Below, one piece after another: positions 52,157 through 64,000 of a stretch of 64,000 bases of DNA. Position numbers and translations under genes: made by a program. Under the pieces are notes generated by a model. It was not told where the DNA came from. It did not search any database and was given only the letters and a program-made list of their open reading frames with translations. This DNA is from Tubiluchus corallicola (Eukaryota; Animalia; Priapulida). How positions within the stretch are numbered: position 1 is the first letter of the stretch; every line of letters starts with the position of its first letter. Location of the stretch: contig JAQGDQ010000080.1 of NCBI GenBank assembly GCA_030141605.1, positions 558,001 through 622,000 on the forward strand. The letters are read 5' to 3'.

Positions 52157-52545
52157 TTATCTTTCGGAGACCGATTGCACCAAACTTGCACATAAGAGTA
52201 AGATGGAGGTCGAATTCCAGTTGTACATTAAAAAAATGATTGCCATGGTAACAGCGATGGTGAATAACATATTTGCTGCAATTATGATAACCACTATGTC
52301 AGAGAACTTTTTTGGGTGATCTTCAATTTCCAAAGCCCTGTGGGAGGAATTTAGGATGCAAACGACATTAGACATAGTCAACGTTATATAAAGAGCGTTT
52401 ATGCACTTCACTTGAATGAAGTGGTTTGTGTTGTACCAAGACGCCTTCACAACGTCCCGAAGGTGCTCAGTATAGTTGTGGTTCTTTCCTTCAATATCTC
52501 GGCTAGCTTCAGGTTTGCTGTCATTGTCGGTTGCAACGTGATAAC
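52157..52545 (-). other. Candidate exon or pseudo-exon of a single-pass membrane protein
   Basis: Open frame after a ttttttctcaaaaaag acceptor, with several NxS/T sequons and TM IVVIIIAANMLFTIAVTMAIIFLMY. No partner exons identified. Confidence 0.3.
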
Positions 52546-53184
52546 CTTTTTTGAGAAAAAATAATAGCAACGGTAATCAGGCTCAGGCATGACCTCATTT
52601 TCTGCTAACACTTTTCTCAAATGGCATTACACAGATAAACAGAAATTTTATTCCAAACTTTTCTGGTTTTGAAGTCATAATTACACTGTGTGGACAGGTC
52701 AACGTGTCTTATATAGAAAATAATTACTCATCAATGGTCAATTCAAAACTGTGGACGTAACAGCATTTGCAGCTTTGCACAAAAGCCTGCTGTATGTGTT
52801 ATCTTAGTTTAAATTATTGTCAACAAATAATGTGTCATTTTTGACCATTTTGGTACTTAAAACTAGAAATGTATAAATGTGGAAAAAAGAAGAAAAAGAA
52901 AATAATACATAAGCCATTATTAAATTCACTAAAAGTCAGAAAAAGTATTAATTTATGGCTTTATTTAATATACTATAGATTTGAATTTCAAAATGTGCCC
53001 AAAACATGTCAATTTCAAATGGGTTGCAAGTGTTAATGTTTGACAATCGGTACAAGAAAAGAAGGAAAGGTGTAACGCCTCAATTTGGCGTTTATCACTG
53101 AGTTTCCAATACAGTGCAACCACATCATTGCAACTAAAACATCAAGATTTTGTTAAAATGGTAAACTAATAAAATAACATAAAT

Positions 53185-53420
53185 TTTACCGGTGAAATGT
53201 ACTACTGGCGAAATGTGCACGGGCGAACTGTACCACTGGAATTAAAACATTTTGTTATTAGAATAAAGTAATGACAGCACAAAAATTTTACTAGCAAAGT
53301 GTGCCACTGCAATATCTACCGCTAAAATCGAAGTATTTTATTAAAGGAAAAGGTACTAACGCAGTAGAGAAATTTTATTGTCAAAATGTACTACTGACGA
53401 AATGTACCAGTGATGAACTG
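53185..53420 (-). repeat. Inverted copy of the 49550-49840 modular repeat
   Basis: The reverse complement aligns with both the 16-bp units and the spacer (ttgc(c/t)agtaaaattttt.tgct...attac.ttattct...acaaaatgt). Confidence 0.75.
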
Positions 53421-55803
53421 AAGCATTTTGTTAAGGAATAGCCTAAGGTAATAACAACAACATACATTCGGCACAGCTAGCATCTTATGCATTGTATTCA
53501 TTAATCTTGATGTCTGTCCCCTCACTTTAATATTGTCTCTGATTAAGGCGCAAACTAGGAAGTATAATTTTCTGTAATTTTCAGCGGTCTTTGGGGCGCT
53601 AATGGAAAACACTGGCTGGATAATTGCTTGTTAATCAGCAGGGCGTATCAATGTGAAAATAAAACTCAGAAAGAGATCAAAGTTGGCGGCAGCTGTAGCC
53701 AAGTGTTGGCAAATTAATGACATGCTGATTATTTATTTTTCATCGCAATTCATTGAAAATGGGTTAAATTCAGTTTTACTGCCACCGCGGGAGTGCTAAG
53801 AATGTTTCTCATTGTTCTGTGTTTATAACAGCTATCCTATACTAGAATATTCTTAGTATATATACAGGAGCCTGGTTTAACAGACAAAATTAGATGACTA
53901 AAACAGAAAATTATATATCTACGGAGAGCCAAGTAAGTAAAGCCATCAAAAGAGGCAGTAAGCTGTTACGTATTTCATAGTAAAAGGTTTCATTATTTGC
54001 AATAAACCGTTTCTAAGGTTTGTGCAGCTAGACGCTTAGCAGAGTTAGCACTGCAGGAGCTACTTAATATAAATGTTCGTGACGGAACCGACATCTATCT
54101 AATTATGATTCATCAAGCCAATATTCTAAGAGGTGTGTTACCATGAATATTCATTCTGCTTGCCTGGGCAATATGGGAAGCTAATCCCCTAGTTGCATCT
54201 TTCCCGGCAGTTACCATCCATTTACTGAACAGGTTCGGCATTCCTTAGTTTTGGTTGCACCAAACTATGGCTCATCAGGTATGCAACATCAGAATTAACA
54301 GTTCTTGACACATTCATCATCATCCTGTCTAATATTTTTCACATATGTTGTTGTCGATGTCTAATAAGTATTATCGTCGTTGTCATCATCATCAGCGGCG
54401 ATGTGACAGCAATGGTGGCAACAGCAGCAATAATAAATCCGACAGCAAGAACAGTAGCCAAAGCAGTCACAGTGCTTTATCTTATCATCGTCATTGATAT
54501 TTATAATTATAATATTATGTCACTTCGGTCGGTGCTGAAATCCAGTAGCTGGCTAGCTGGTTGGTTTTTTTGGTTGGTTGATACTGACTGACTAATCAGT
54601 CGGACAGTCGGTCAGTCACTTGATTGAACAGAAGCGTTTTAGTAGTTTACTGGATAGCATTTTCCTACTTTTATGACATTCAGTAAATGCACGACAAACT
54701 CTCTTTTATCGGTGAGTCGTACAGAGGGACCAAGTAGACAGAAATTAACTGGTTGCTTAAGTCGCTATTAGGTCGTATGTGTTACATGTTTTGGACACTG
54801 ATTGGCTTGGTAAATGCTGTTCGTTGCTGATGACCAATATTGTTACTAACATTCACTAACACACATTGTTTGGTTTGCATTGAAATTTTGTAGAGAGACA
54901 GCAGTAGTAGCAAGTTAACTGGCAGCGCATGATAGGTGCTTAAAGGATGCACCAACCCTTGAACGATACTCGCACTTAGAAATATTTAAACTACCACTTA
55001 ATGTACACGCATAAAATGCGTTGCTTAAAAATAAAAAAGAAATTAAAATTAACAAAAATGGCGTAAGCTAGAAGACATTGCGAACGTTTTTAACCTCACG
55101 AGGTTTCTTGTATATAATGCACATATTACGTTACTTAACCTCTCTTGACTAATCTGCACCTCTTATCGCATTCAAATCTATACACACCCTAATTTTATGC
55201 CTTGCTTTGTCTTGCCTAACCCTTTCTCACTATCAATGTTGTGCTTACAAGGTTTTCTTTCACTAAGCATTTTATTGTAAGCAGTTAGTTCTTTGGGATG
55301 CAATTTCGTTATTATTGTTACGTATCATTGACTGTACATCGCTTTTTGTGAAAAATAATGAATCTAACTATAAACTTCTGCACTTCATTCAGAAATTCTG
55401 CTGTTTTAGCTGACTAAATCTTTGTGTTTAACTGTGTTTTTGTAATAATTTGTCACCCGATCAATTAACAACACCTTTAAAGCGCTTAATTAGCTTTAAT
55501 ACCCACCATTATACCTTAAAATACCTAAGTATTACACATGATAAAATTACAGATTAGCGTGGAATTCTGCAACGCTGTGAGCGTACTGTGGGTGCCGCGC
55601 GGGTTACTTAGCTTATAGACTTCGGTTTTGTTAAAATAATTATTTTGTTAATTATATAATCCCTTTTGTCGGCGATAATTAGACGAGTTGGAGATTATTT
55701 TATTATCATCGGTAAACATCAAAAAGTAAAAAACAGTATTAATAATTTCTCGCTTAACGTTCTGGATTGCCTATAATTCACAATAGGTGCGAAAAAAGTT
55801 TGC

Positions 55804-56023
55804 AGAAGCACATGGAGGGATAAGTGTTTGTATTCCACCGCAACCAGATGACGCCTTTTTTTGTTCAAAATGAGCTCGCCCAAGCGTGAAGTGATCGCGA
55901 CTTTAATTGATTTTTCTAATTACACGAGGCGCTTATCACAATTTTATCACTGAGACTTTTAACACTCTTCTCAAACATTAAATAAGCTTAAGTTTCCGAG
56001 AGACTTAGCTTTTGCTTTAATTT
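55804..56023 (+). repeat. Interspersed repeat, copy 1
   Basis: Aligns along its length with 59851-60067 (gggataagtgttt, cgcccaagcgt, gcttatcacaatttta, attaaaataagct, tttgctttaattt). Confidence 0.85.
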
Positions 56024-59000
56024 ACATTTGGGTCATGTGCAAATCGCAAGCATTGGGACCATAGGTGTCACAGACTGGTGATTAGTTATAAAAATGTCAG
56101 GCCTAGAAATTTCTTGGTGATTTAAGTTAATAATTGTGCATCTTGATTTTTTTGGATGTTTGTCCCAATTTTAATTGCGTTGAATATGAATTAACGAATA
56201 GCTATTTTTTCTCAAGTTAGCAAAATAAATGAAATTATATTCTGATAATTTGCTGATAAGATTGGGATTTTCAGAACAGGAATTCTAGGCATTTCCTATG
56301 TCTTTTTACCGCCTCCTAAACGATCCTACAACGTATTGTGATAAAATTTGTGTTTGGTGGTTATTAAATTCGAACTTGCAGTTCTTGTCGCATTAAGTAA
56401 TATGGAGTTAATTTATTAAGTTTATTTAATAAATATAATAAATATATTGAGTTATTTTATTAAGTTTTCATATTTGAAAATTGTGAATAATCTTTTAATT
56501 AATTTAATTCTTTGTAATCAACTCACGAACACGAGACTTAAAATTATTGCACTCCGTGTATGTTGTATCAAATCAAGGACTGATGACTCTGTGCAGGACT
56601 TTTTTGCACAAGGTGCACATAGGTAAACTTTTTGGCAACGCCTGGATGTCACTAATAACAATAACATACACAACTCTCTTTTATTATTTACAAAATTAAC
56701 AATAAATCATTATCAATTTAGTACTTTTTAGTATCATTTTTTAACAAATTTCATCATTTTTGGAGAATATACTGTCGTACACGTGGTTAAAAAAATTAGT
56801 TGTTTGTTGGTTGGATATAGCCCCTTTTTCTAAGAAACTAATTTTTTGATGACTTTACTAGAGAGTACAATCAATAACGACTCACATATATTGCAAATGT
56901 TATTTCCAGGTTCTAAATTATGTCGCAAATCGTAATGTTTTTTACAAGTCTTTTCGAATTAAAATTTTTTGTTTTCATGCTTTAACAGTTTCAGTTTTTA
57001 ACGAGTCGTTGCTCGTAGTCTATGCATATTTTATAATTCATTTGGAAAATAATTAAAGTTGTTACCAGTTCAATCGGTTGCATTTCAAGCTTGACTGCTT
57101 TCTATTAATCGATGGTAAATTCTGGCAATCAGACACAGTCGATCGTCAGAAGTTGCGAAACAAACAAATGAAAATAGTGTTACATCTAGCAACTCCAAAT
57201 TTTGTAACTTGTATTGTACTTTTATTGAATAGACTTATACAATAGATTTATTGAACAAAACATTGGGTATTAGCTGTCGTTATTGAATAGAACTGAAAAA
57301 ACAAATTCATTAATGAATTGTACGCATTAATGAACTGAACGCAATGAAAAAAATTTATCATATACGTTTTTTAATTTCTTAGAATTGTAAATAATTACGT
57401 ACTCGATATCGAAAACCTTGACACTGACAACTATGAACATCGTTCCTTCATAAAATATACTATTTATCGGCCACTCTCAATTATTGAAGTTTATTTCTTG
57501 ACGATAATGACTTCAGTGTATGCAAGTCATTACAATTTTTTTAGTATGATTATAATTGGTTAAACAGTTACGGCTTTTCTGGTGAGATAAGACAGCTTTG
57601 ATTCCAAACTAGGTCCTAGCCTCCTAGGTCGTATAATAAATGTCTGTCATGGATGCGATAGATTTTTCACAGAGTAGACGACAAGGCAACTTCAGTTTAG
57701 AATCAATGAGTATGTGAAACTTGTGCTGTACACGTCTTACTTGGAGTCTGAAAAACCTTATTACTTTACTATTATCTTTTCATTGCTATGTTGTTTTGTT
57801 ACAATAATACCTAATCATATTTTTGCACCTGTTAATTGGTAGTTGGGTGGTTGACTTTAATTAATTATTTTAGTATAATGAAACGACATGTAAGCAATTA
57901 AAGACGTAAGATGTAGCGAAAGCGCTCATTTGTTTTTCAACTGACGTATTGCCTGGCCCTATCATAAAACTCTATGCAAAATTGCCATCAAATCTTCAGT
58001 ACTGTAGAGCTCAGTTTTTACCTAAATGCGACCTAAGGCATTATGCTGAATTCTGTCTTCTCATTAGTCGGTTCGTAAGAAAATCAGAAATGCTTGTCTG
58101 CATTCTGAAACTTACACCTGGAAACTTTACTTATCATTCCGTATTTGGACTGGCAAGATGGACGGACGTCTCCCGTTATATTACCACTTACCATAGTTGT
58201 TTACTTTCAAGTATTTCCAATATACGTCTCAACATTGTGTGGTGGTAGCTGCACTTCTCTAATAACTAGACGGATTTGATGTTGTTGACCTGGTACTGAT
58301 ATGGCTTGCCAAGTGAACTAAATAGACTGTTGCGAAGCTGTAAAAATTTGGTGCATGTTAACTTGTTCAAGTGATTGCCAAGAGGAAATTAGGTGACCTG
58401 CTTGTCGTTCAGGCACAGAGATCCAAGCAACTTGTTTAATACTCAATAGATAAAACGCTGAGGAGACGTGATAGTTGTTCTTCGGTTCAATTTTAAATTA
58501 ATCGATTTATTAACAACTAGTAATGTACAACTAGTTGGTTGGTAAGGAACTACACGTGAGCATGGTAAGGAACTGGGAAACCCCTAATGATTGTTGGCAT
58601 GGACTGCATTGAATGCCAGAAGGATCTTTGAATAGAGTAGATCGTGGTGATGGTTCGTGACTGAGGTGCCCACTGAGCTTAACTAAGTTGAGTACGTATT
58701 TGACCGGTCTTGTTGTGTAAATAAGACACGTTTTAACAAATAAGATCTTTTTTCCCTGCATGTGTTTTCGTTGTTTGTTCTTTAAAATACTTACAAAAGA
58801 TTTGAATTAGAAGCGTTATGCAGTCACTACAGTTCAGAAGTTTTCACGTATCGAACACATTTGCTTAAGCTAAAATAATTGAGCGGATATTCGACAGGTG
58901 TGAGCTGTGCTTTATTTTTTCTGTGATTTAGCGAAACTAATCCTGACTTATTTTCTAACATTACTCACACCGTCACAAAGCTTAAAAGCGCACTGTTTGT

Positions 59001-59850
59001 TGTACATTGTCAAAACGGTAGTGCTGCTGTTTTGAATAAGATTTTTCTGTTTAAGATTTTGCGGATGGTAAGTTTGGTTTGCTCATATTAAACGAAGTAT
59101 GTTTTACAAAATTAGTGCAATTTACACTAAACCCAATAGCAGAGAGATATAGATATAATCTAATTGTTGGTTAGATTAATTTAAAAGATTGTTTTGAATA
59201 GGTAGTTTTGAAAATTACAATATATTGTAATTTGGAAAACACTTGCATTCAAAAACACCGCGGAGATCTTATTGAGATTTATAACATATTAACTTGGAAA
59301 CAAATCATCTTACATGAAAATGTCTTTAAAGAAAGAGTCAACCCTGGAACAACATCTATTGCATTTTAATGTACATTTATTGCATTTATTGCAATTAAAA
59401 ATATTGAAATCAAGATACCAAATATGCGCATAGAATGCTTTGCTTAAAAATGTAAAAGAGATTTAAATATTTCTTATCTCCCGCCAAACGAACCTTGATG
59501 CCGGCACATTTCAAAAAAATGACGTAAGCTGGTGTATGCAGGGCGGCATGAATGTCATGCAGGCTAGCTGTTTGAAGGTACGCGATGCAAAATTTCTACA
59601 GTTTGCTTAGATGTTCCGTTATTCTAATATCGTGTTTAACTGTGTTTATCTATAAATTAGTCATTCGTTCGATCAACGATGATCAAATTTAAAGCGGTTA
59701 CATTGCTTTAATCTACAGGATTACATCTTAAAATGTGTAAGTAATTACGATTAATTGTGTAAATAATAAATTTACAGATTTTGTTGACTTTTTGATGCGC
59801 ATATAAACTTGCCAGCGCGCACTAGGTGCCAGGCTGGTTACTTAGTTAGT

Positions 59851-60067
59851 AGAGGCACCTGGTGGGATAAGTGTTTATATTGCACGGAAAGCGGATGACG
59901 TCATTATTCGTCTAAGATGAGCGCGCCCAAGCGTAAAGTGTTATCACGATTTTAAATTGATTTTACTAATTGCACGAGATGCTTATCACAATTTTAACCT
60001 TTTAACATTTTTCCCAAATATTAAAATAAGCTCAGCTTCTCGAGTGACTTGGCCTTTGCTTTAATTT
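59851..60067 (+). repeat. Interspersed repeat, copy 2
   Basis: Direct copy of 55804-56023. Confidence 0.85.
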
Positions 60068-60750
60068 GTTTGTTGATAGAGAACGTGGTTTAAAACTTTA
60101 AAGAGAGATCGTGTCCTTACATTCGTAAATGTTTATTTACTGTGAGAGTAGCGAACGAATTGAGTATTTATCAGTCATGGTAATTGCCGCAACAACCCTA
60201 GTAACCTTTGATAACAATTTAAGTCTCGACGAGCTGACCTATATATAAATATAATACACTTTTGACGTCACGTGATCACTAAAATGCATTAATTACAGCT
60301 GCTAGTATTAAAAATGGGTGTCAGCACACATATCTTTCAATTAACCTAATGGCCATCCTTAAACATTATCAAGTCCTTGCACTGCCATTACTAGAATTAA
60401 TTTGACACATTAATGATAAAATAATGACATGTATACTAAGCAAAGCCTTTTAGCAAATACATGTGATTCGAATACCGCTAAATGTGACAAGATACCTAAT
60501 CGAATTCTTTCAAATGGCATTGCTAGTCACGAAAAAACTTTGTCATTCTCATCTAAACGTATGGAATATTATACACACTTCTACGTGGCCTTACAGAATT
60601 GTGTATAGATCTTCCAAGGAATTTAGTAAATTTATTTCACTGCTGCAATTAACTAATTCACATCTACCTAGCGTTGATCCGGGTAAGCGGTTGAGATTAA
60701 ATTTAGGTGAGATGTAACTACTCTTCAATTTGATATTATTACATTTGTAG

Positions 60751-60890
60751 AATGTGAAGGCAACCCTGATGCTAAAAGACTTTATGATGACTTGCTCAGC
60801 ACTTATGATCGATTGGCTAGACCTGTTAAGAACCATACTGAAACATTAATGGTTAAACTCGGCCTCAAGCTCACCCAGCTTCTTAACATA
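60751..60890 (+). CDS. Nicotinic acetylcholine receptor subunit, exon encoding the start of the mature ligand-binding domain
   Basis: [46 protein letters not shown]; tttgtag acceptor, gtaagt donor. [12 protein letters not shown] is typical of the protostome group containing insect alpha1-4. Alpha status cannot be confirmed because loop C is outside the window. Confidence 0.93.
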
Positions 60891-61427
60891 GTAAGTATAG
60901 TTGATGGATCGAATTTCCTTATCTGTTATCGTTGCTTACTGTTTGTTGTGCGTCGTACCGCTGTTTCGTTTTACGTTATTTTATGTTTCGCGACGCAAAT
61001 CAAAAATATTAGTTTATTTGTATGTATGCGCTATGTATGCATGCTTGTTTGTATGGGTATCTACGTGTATGTATGTATGTACGTATATTTATTTGTTTAT
61101 TTTTGTTTGTGTGTATATTTGTGTGTTCGTTTGTTTTTTGTTCATTTTGTTACCGCGTTAGACACTAATGCATAAATAAAAATATTTTGGGATCGTAATT
61201 CATAATCACATAGAATTTGCATTGAACGTCCTTAAGAAGAAATTTATGTTCAAAATTCTATATGCAGCACTGTCGTTACTTACAATAAGAAAAAGTTCAA
61301 GCCGAGTTTGGCGATAAATTATTTTGTAAGGCGTGCACTAATTTGTTGAAAATAGGAAAACACTTTCCAGGTAAGCAAAATGTCGGCATTTTAGGTAAAC
61401 ATTTCGTGTGAGCATCACGAAATTTTA

Positions 61428-61429
<2 letters not shown>

Positions 61430-61525
<96 letters not shown>

Positions 61526-61530
61526 CTCAC
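61430..61530. repeat. (CT)n microsatellite
   Basis: Direct reading. Confidence 0.97.
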
Positions 61531-61918
61531 ATTTCATTGTACAATTAGAGAACTAGAGGGAAAGAGCAAATTCTGTCACCATATCTATCAGTTTATATTT
61601 CCATCGATTTCTCTTTACGGTTTTCCAAACTGCCAAATCAGTACACCCCCCCCCCCCCCAATCAACCAAATTCGTATGCGAAAACAACCAAGTTGTTGTG
61701 TAATCATTTATCTGGCCCAAGTCTCCGTTAGACATGTAGTCCTAACCCTAATTCATAAAAAAGGTGCACATTGTGCAGCTTCTATTATGCTAGCTGTTAC
61801 TGACAGAGGTACATCAACAAGCTGCAGATATAAGCCTATGATCTCTGAAGCCAAACTTCGGGTAAGATAAAATGTAGTCCCATACAGTAACCGTTTTAGA
61901 TTTAGAGTTAAGGTTAAG

Positions 61919-62071
<153 letters not shown>

Positions 62072-63984
62072 CCTGAAATACGTGAATTTCTTGATGCTTA
62101 AACGAAACCTTTTCCGCATTTTAAGCGTATTGGAATATTTTGTTACGCGCTCAAGGCGTTAATTTGACTGTAAATCTGTCGACAAAGTCTGAAAACGCAT
62201 TACGTTAACTGGCCCCCAAGCTATCTAATAAGCTTCATTTATTTTCATGACGTTTCCAAACCTTATTTGAAACAAGAAATTTGTGAGCGCAAATCAAATT
62301 TCTGACGCTTTGCCTTGCTATCGGTAATGTTTGCAGTAGTGAACGTGGCGTGTGTGTTTAATAATAAAACGTCAGTCATTTTAATAATGTGTCAAATTAA
62401 ATTTAAAAATACAGTCATTCTCAATAAATACAGGGAACGAAAGGTTTTTTGTGCTTCTCTTCTAGCTTTGCATATTATTTTTATTATTTTGTTCGTCTTT
62501 TTGTTGGAAGTTAAATGATATACATTTTTAAGGTGCATTAAGTTTCATGGTTTAGTTATGATTTTAGTGTACTGAGGATGACAATGAAGACACCTACTCA
62601 TAGACTGATGCTTTATGTTAAACCGAGGCGATGCACTTCGACTAGACACGTGAAAAGAAGAACAAATTACCTGTTAAGCCAAGAAATTGCCAAAAATTCA
62701 CAAAAGTTTAAGAAAGACTTAATAACATCTATTTCGTAAAGCTTTTTTTCAATACCCAGTTCGACTCCACATCTGATGTCATTTTTTCTCAATTCAGTAT
62801 TTTCAACACAACTTTCCTTATTAATTCAATGTCGATTCTTACTACTCTTTTTATTATAAATGTTTACCGATTTGATATAAATTATTATAAAACTTCTCTG
62901 GACGTGCTATCGATCTTGAGAGCGCCCTCTATAAATTAACAAACGTTAGCTTTTAAATTTAGAAGCGTTATAGGTTAATGCTCTTTTATCCTTGAATAAC
63001 TGTGCATTCACTTTTCAACACTTAAATATGTGTTAGTCTTCTAATTACAGAAAAAAATTAATTAAGTGCAGCATTAGTTATTTAGCTTATTAACTAAATT
63101 ATCCTAATTTTCGATACACAATGTACCGGTGGAATTCTTCCTTGTATGTGTATTTATGTGTGACGATCTTATTTCATTTTACGTTATTTTCTCATACAAA
63201 CTACTATGAAACTATTCTTTCTATTTTTTAAAATCACGCATTTAGACAATACGAGCCTTCACGTTTTAAATTGTACGGAACTAATGAGACCGTATTTTAT
63301 TTTAGATGGTGAAGGAGCGAAACATTTTAAAACACTCACGTATCTTTGTAGGCAAATCCTACACAGTCAACTGAATGCGTTTTTTAGTAATTTGTTTATT
63401 CGTTATTTTTTTGTTTTCTGCATGTGTGTTGGTTCGTTTGTTTGTTTACTTGTCTGGCTGTCTTTTGCTCGCCCGTTCGCCTATCTGTTTGCCCATTCGT
63501 TAGCTTATTCACTTCCCGATTGCTTCTTTTTCATTTATTCACTTGATTGATCATTCCAGCTTTTATTCATTCACTTCACATTGTGAACATTTCTTTTTTT
63601 CATTATTTCTTTTTTTATCATACCGTGCAATTTCTATAGTAAAGGATACAACTATAAAAAGGGGAATTCCACTAAATGAGTTTATGCTTTTCGTAAAGCT
63701 GTGCAACCCCTTCTTCCTCGAAAGAACTCATGATTAAGGGAATAAAAAAGAAGCTGCACTTCTGCTTAGTTGCCCCAGGCTAAGAATCCGCGTTGCATGT
63801 TGAAGAAAATTGACTTTTTATTTCCGCTGACAAACGCGTGCTTTGCATTAATGATTATTTGAGTTAAAATTGAAGTTTGAGCTCAAAAAAAAAACAATTC
63901 CACGAATATTTCGCCGAGAGTCCGTGCGACTTAATTTATTGTTATACTGTCAGCTCTGGTTAAATAATTATGTTATTTTTTTAG

Positions 63985-64000
63985 GATGAAAAGAATCAGA
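63985..64000 (+). CDS. nAChR subunit, next exon (DEKNQ...), truncated by the window end
   Basis: tttttttag acceptor then GAT GAA AAG AAT CAG in phase 0; the expected continuation. Confidence 0.88.

Overview
AT-rich, intron- and repeat-rich eukaryotic DNA from an invertebrate animal, most likely a protostome. Almost all ORFs in the track are noise. Three genes are supportable. (1) A complete 13-coding-exon class B1 GPCR of the PTH-receptor-like ('cluster B') type lies on the minus strand (25961->1285, 536 aa). I rebuilt it by hand with GT-AG boundaries and matching phases. (2) A single-coding-exon GT92 (galt-1-like) glycosyltransferase lies on the minus strand (46878->45436). (3) The 5' part of a nicotinic acetylcholine receptor subunit lies on the plus strand (exons at 60751-60890 and 63985-window end). 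A decayed, near full-length CR1/L2-group LINE sits antisense in intron 1 of the GPCR. There are also other LINE fragments, a tRNA-like SINE head, MITE- and Helentron-like repeats and many microsatellites. More speculative signals: two possible decayed GPCR pseudogenes, an inverted repeat pair enclosing a membrane-protein-like exon, complementary (CT)n/(GA)n tracts in the nAChR intron, and a stop-free 545-bp triplet repeat next to a receptor splice donor. I found no clearly new biological system. All family calls come from motif recognition, not database searches.
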